Virus record (IMG/VR): IMGVR_UViG_3300037586_000906
Coordinates: 1 to 25,518 of that record
Strand: one strand, 5' to 3'
Source of the DNA: a virus
Lineage: Duplodnaviria > Caudoviricetes
Length of the DNA: 25,518 nt
A model generated the notes under the pieces. That model worked only from the letters and a program-made list of their open reading frames with translations. It did not search any database and was not told the origin of the DNA. Numbering within the stretch: position 1 is the stretch's first letter; each line of letters begins with the position of its first letter. Of the stretch, positions 25,351 to 25,518 are shown piece by piece. The translations under genes and the position numbers were made by a program.

Positions 25351-25451
25351 ACACTTATTCAAAAATTTTAACTTAATCTCGCTCTTGTCATTAGGGTGGA
25401 TGATGCTACCGTAGTGGTACATTTATGCGAATAATTTACCTTTGATTTCTT

Positions 25452-25518
25452 TCATTCAAACAACCTAACTTGCTTTTGCGCTTGTTCAATTCGTTCACAG
25501 GCTATATCGAAATACTTA
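25452..25518 (-). CDS. C-terminal fragment of a probable DNA N6A/N4C methyltransferase
   Basis: Hand translation KYFDIACERIEQAQKQVRLFE-stop matches the typical C-terminal helix of beta-class DNA methylases; only 21 aa are visible. Confidence 0.6.
   Translation of the reverse strand, partial: KYFDIACERIEQAQKQVRLFE

Noticed and set aside
25285-25455. Short minus-strand ORFs after the methylase (MKEIKGKLFA and a following ORF of about 45 aa)
   Set aside because: The longer one runs through a terminator and an AT tract, lacks a clear SD and has no recognisable motif.
1-25518. tRNA, rRNA, integrase, transposase or lysis genes
   Set aside because: None recognised by eye. The 44-aa membrane ORF has no adjacent endolysin, so it is not called a holin.

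Overview
A 25.5 kb stretch of a tailed dsDNA phage or prophage with podovirus-type gene order, with all credible genes on the minus strand. In transcription order (right to left): the 3' end of a DNA methyltransferase, an HTH-metallophosphoesterase and several small ORFs, TerS, TerL, an ADP-ribosyltransferase-fold gene between TerL and portal, a P22-like portal, scaffold, an N4-gp56-like major capsid protein (MCP), a probable decoration protein, a five-gene glycosyltransferase/methyltransferase cassette, adaptor, nozzle, minor virion proteins, a GNAT-like protein, three probable ejection proteins and the start of a tail fibre. Most notable observations: (1) a candidate virion-glycosylation system including a GT29 sialyltransferase-like gene, with [ST]-[AG]-[ST] motifs enriched in outer virion proteins; (2) a capsid leader with a near-consensus promoter, an immediate terminator and an array of covarying GGA-loop hairpins; (3) a 289-bp intragenic duplication whose 21 differences all fall in amino-acid-changing codons. 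All family calls come from motif recognition by eye; no database search was run.
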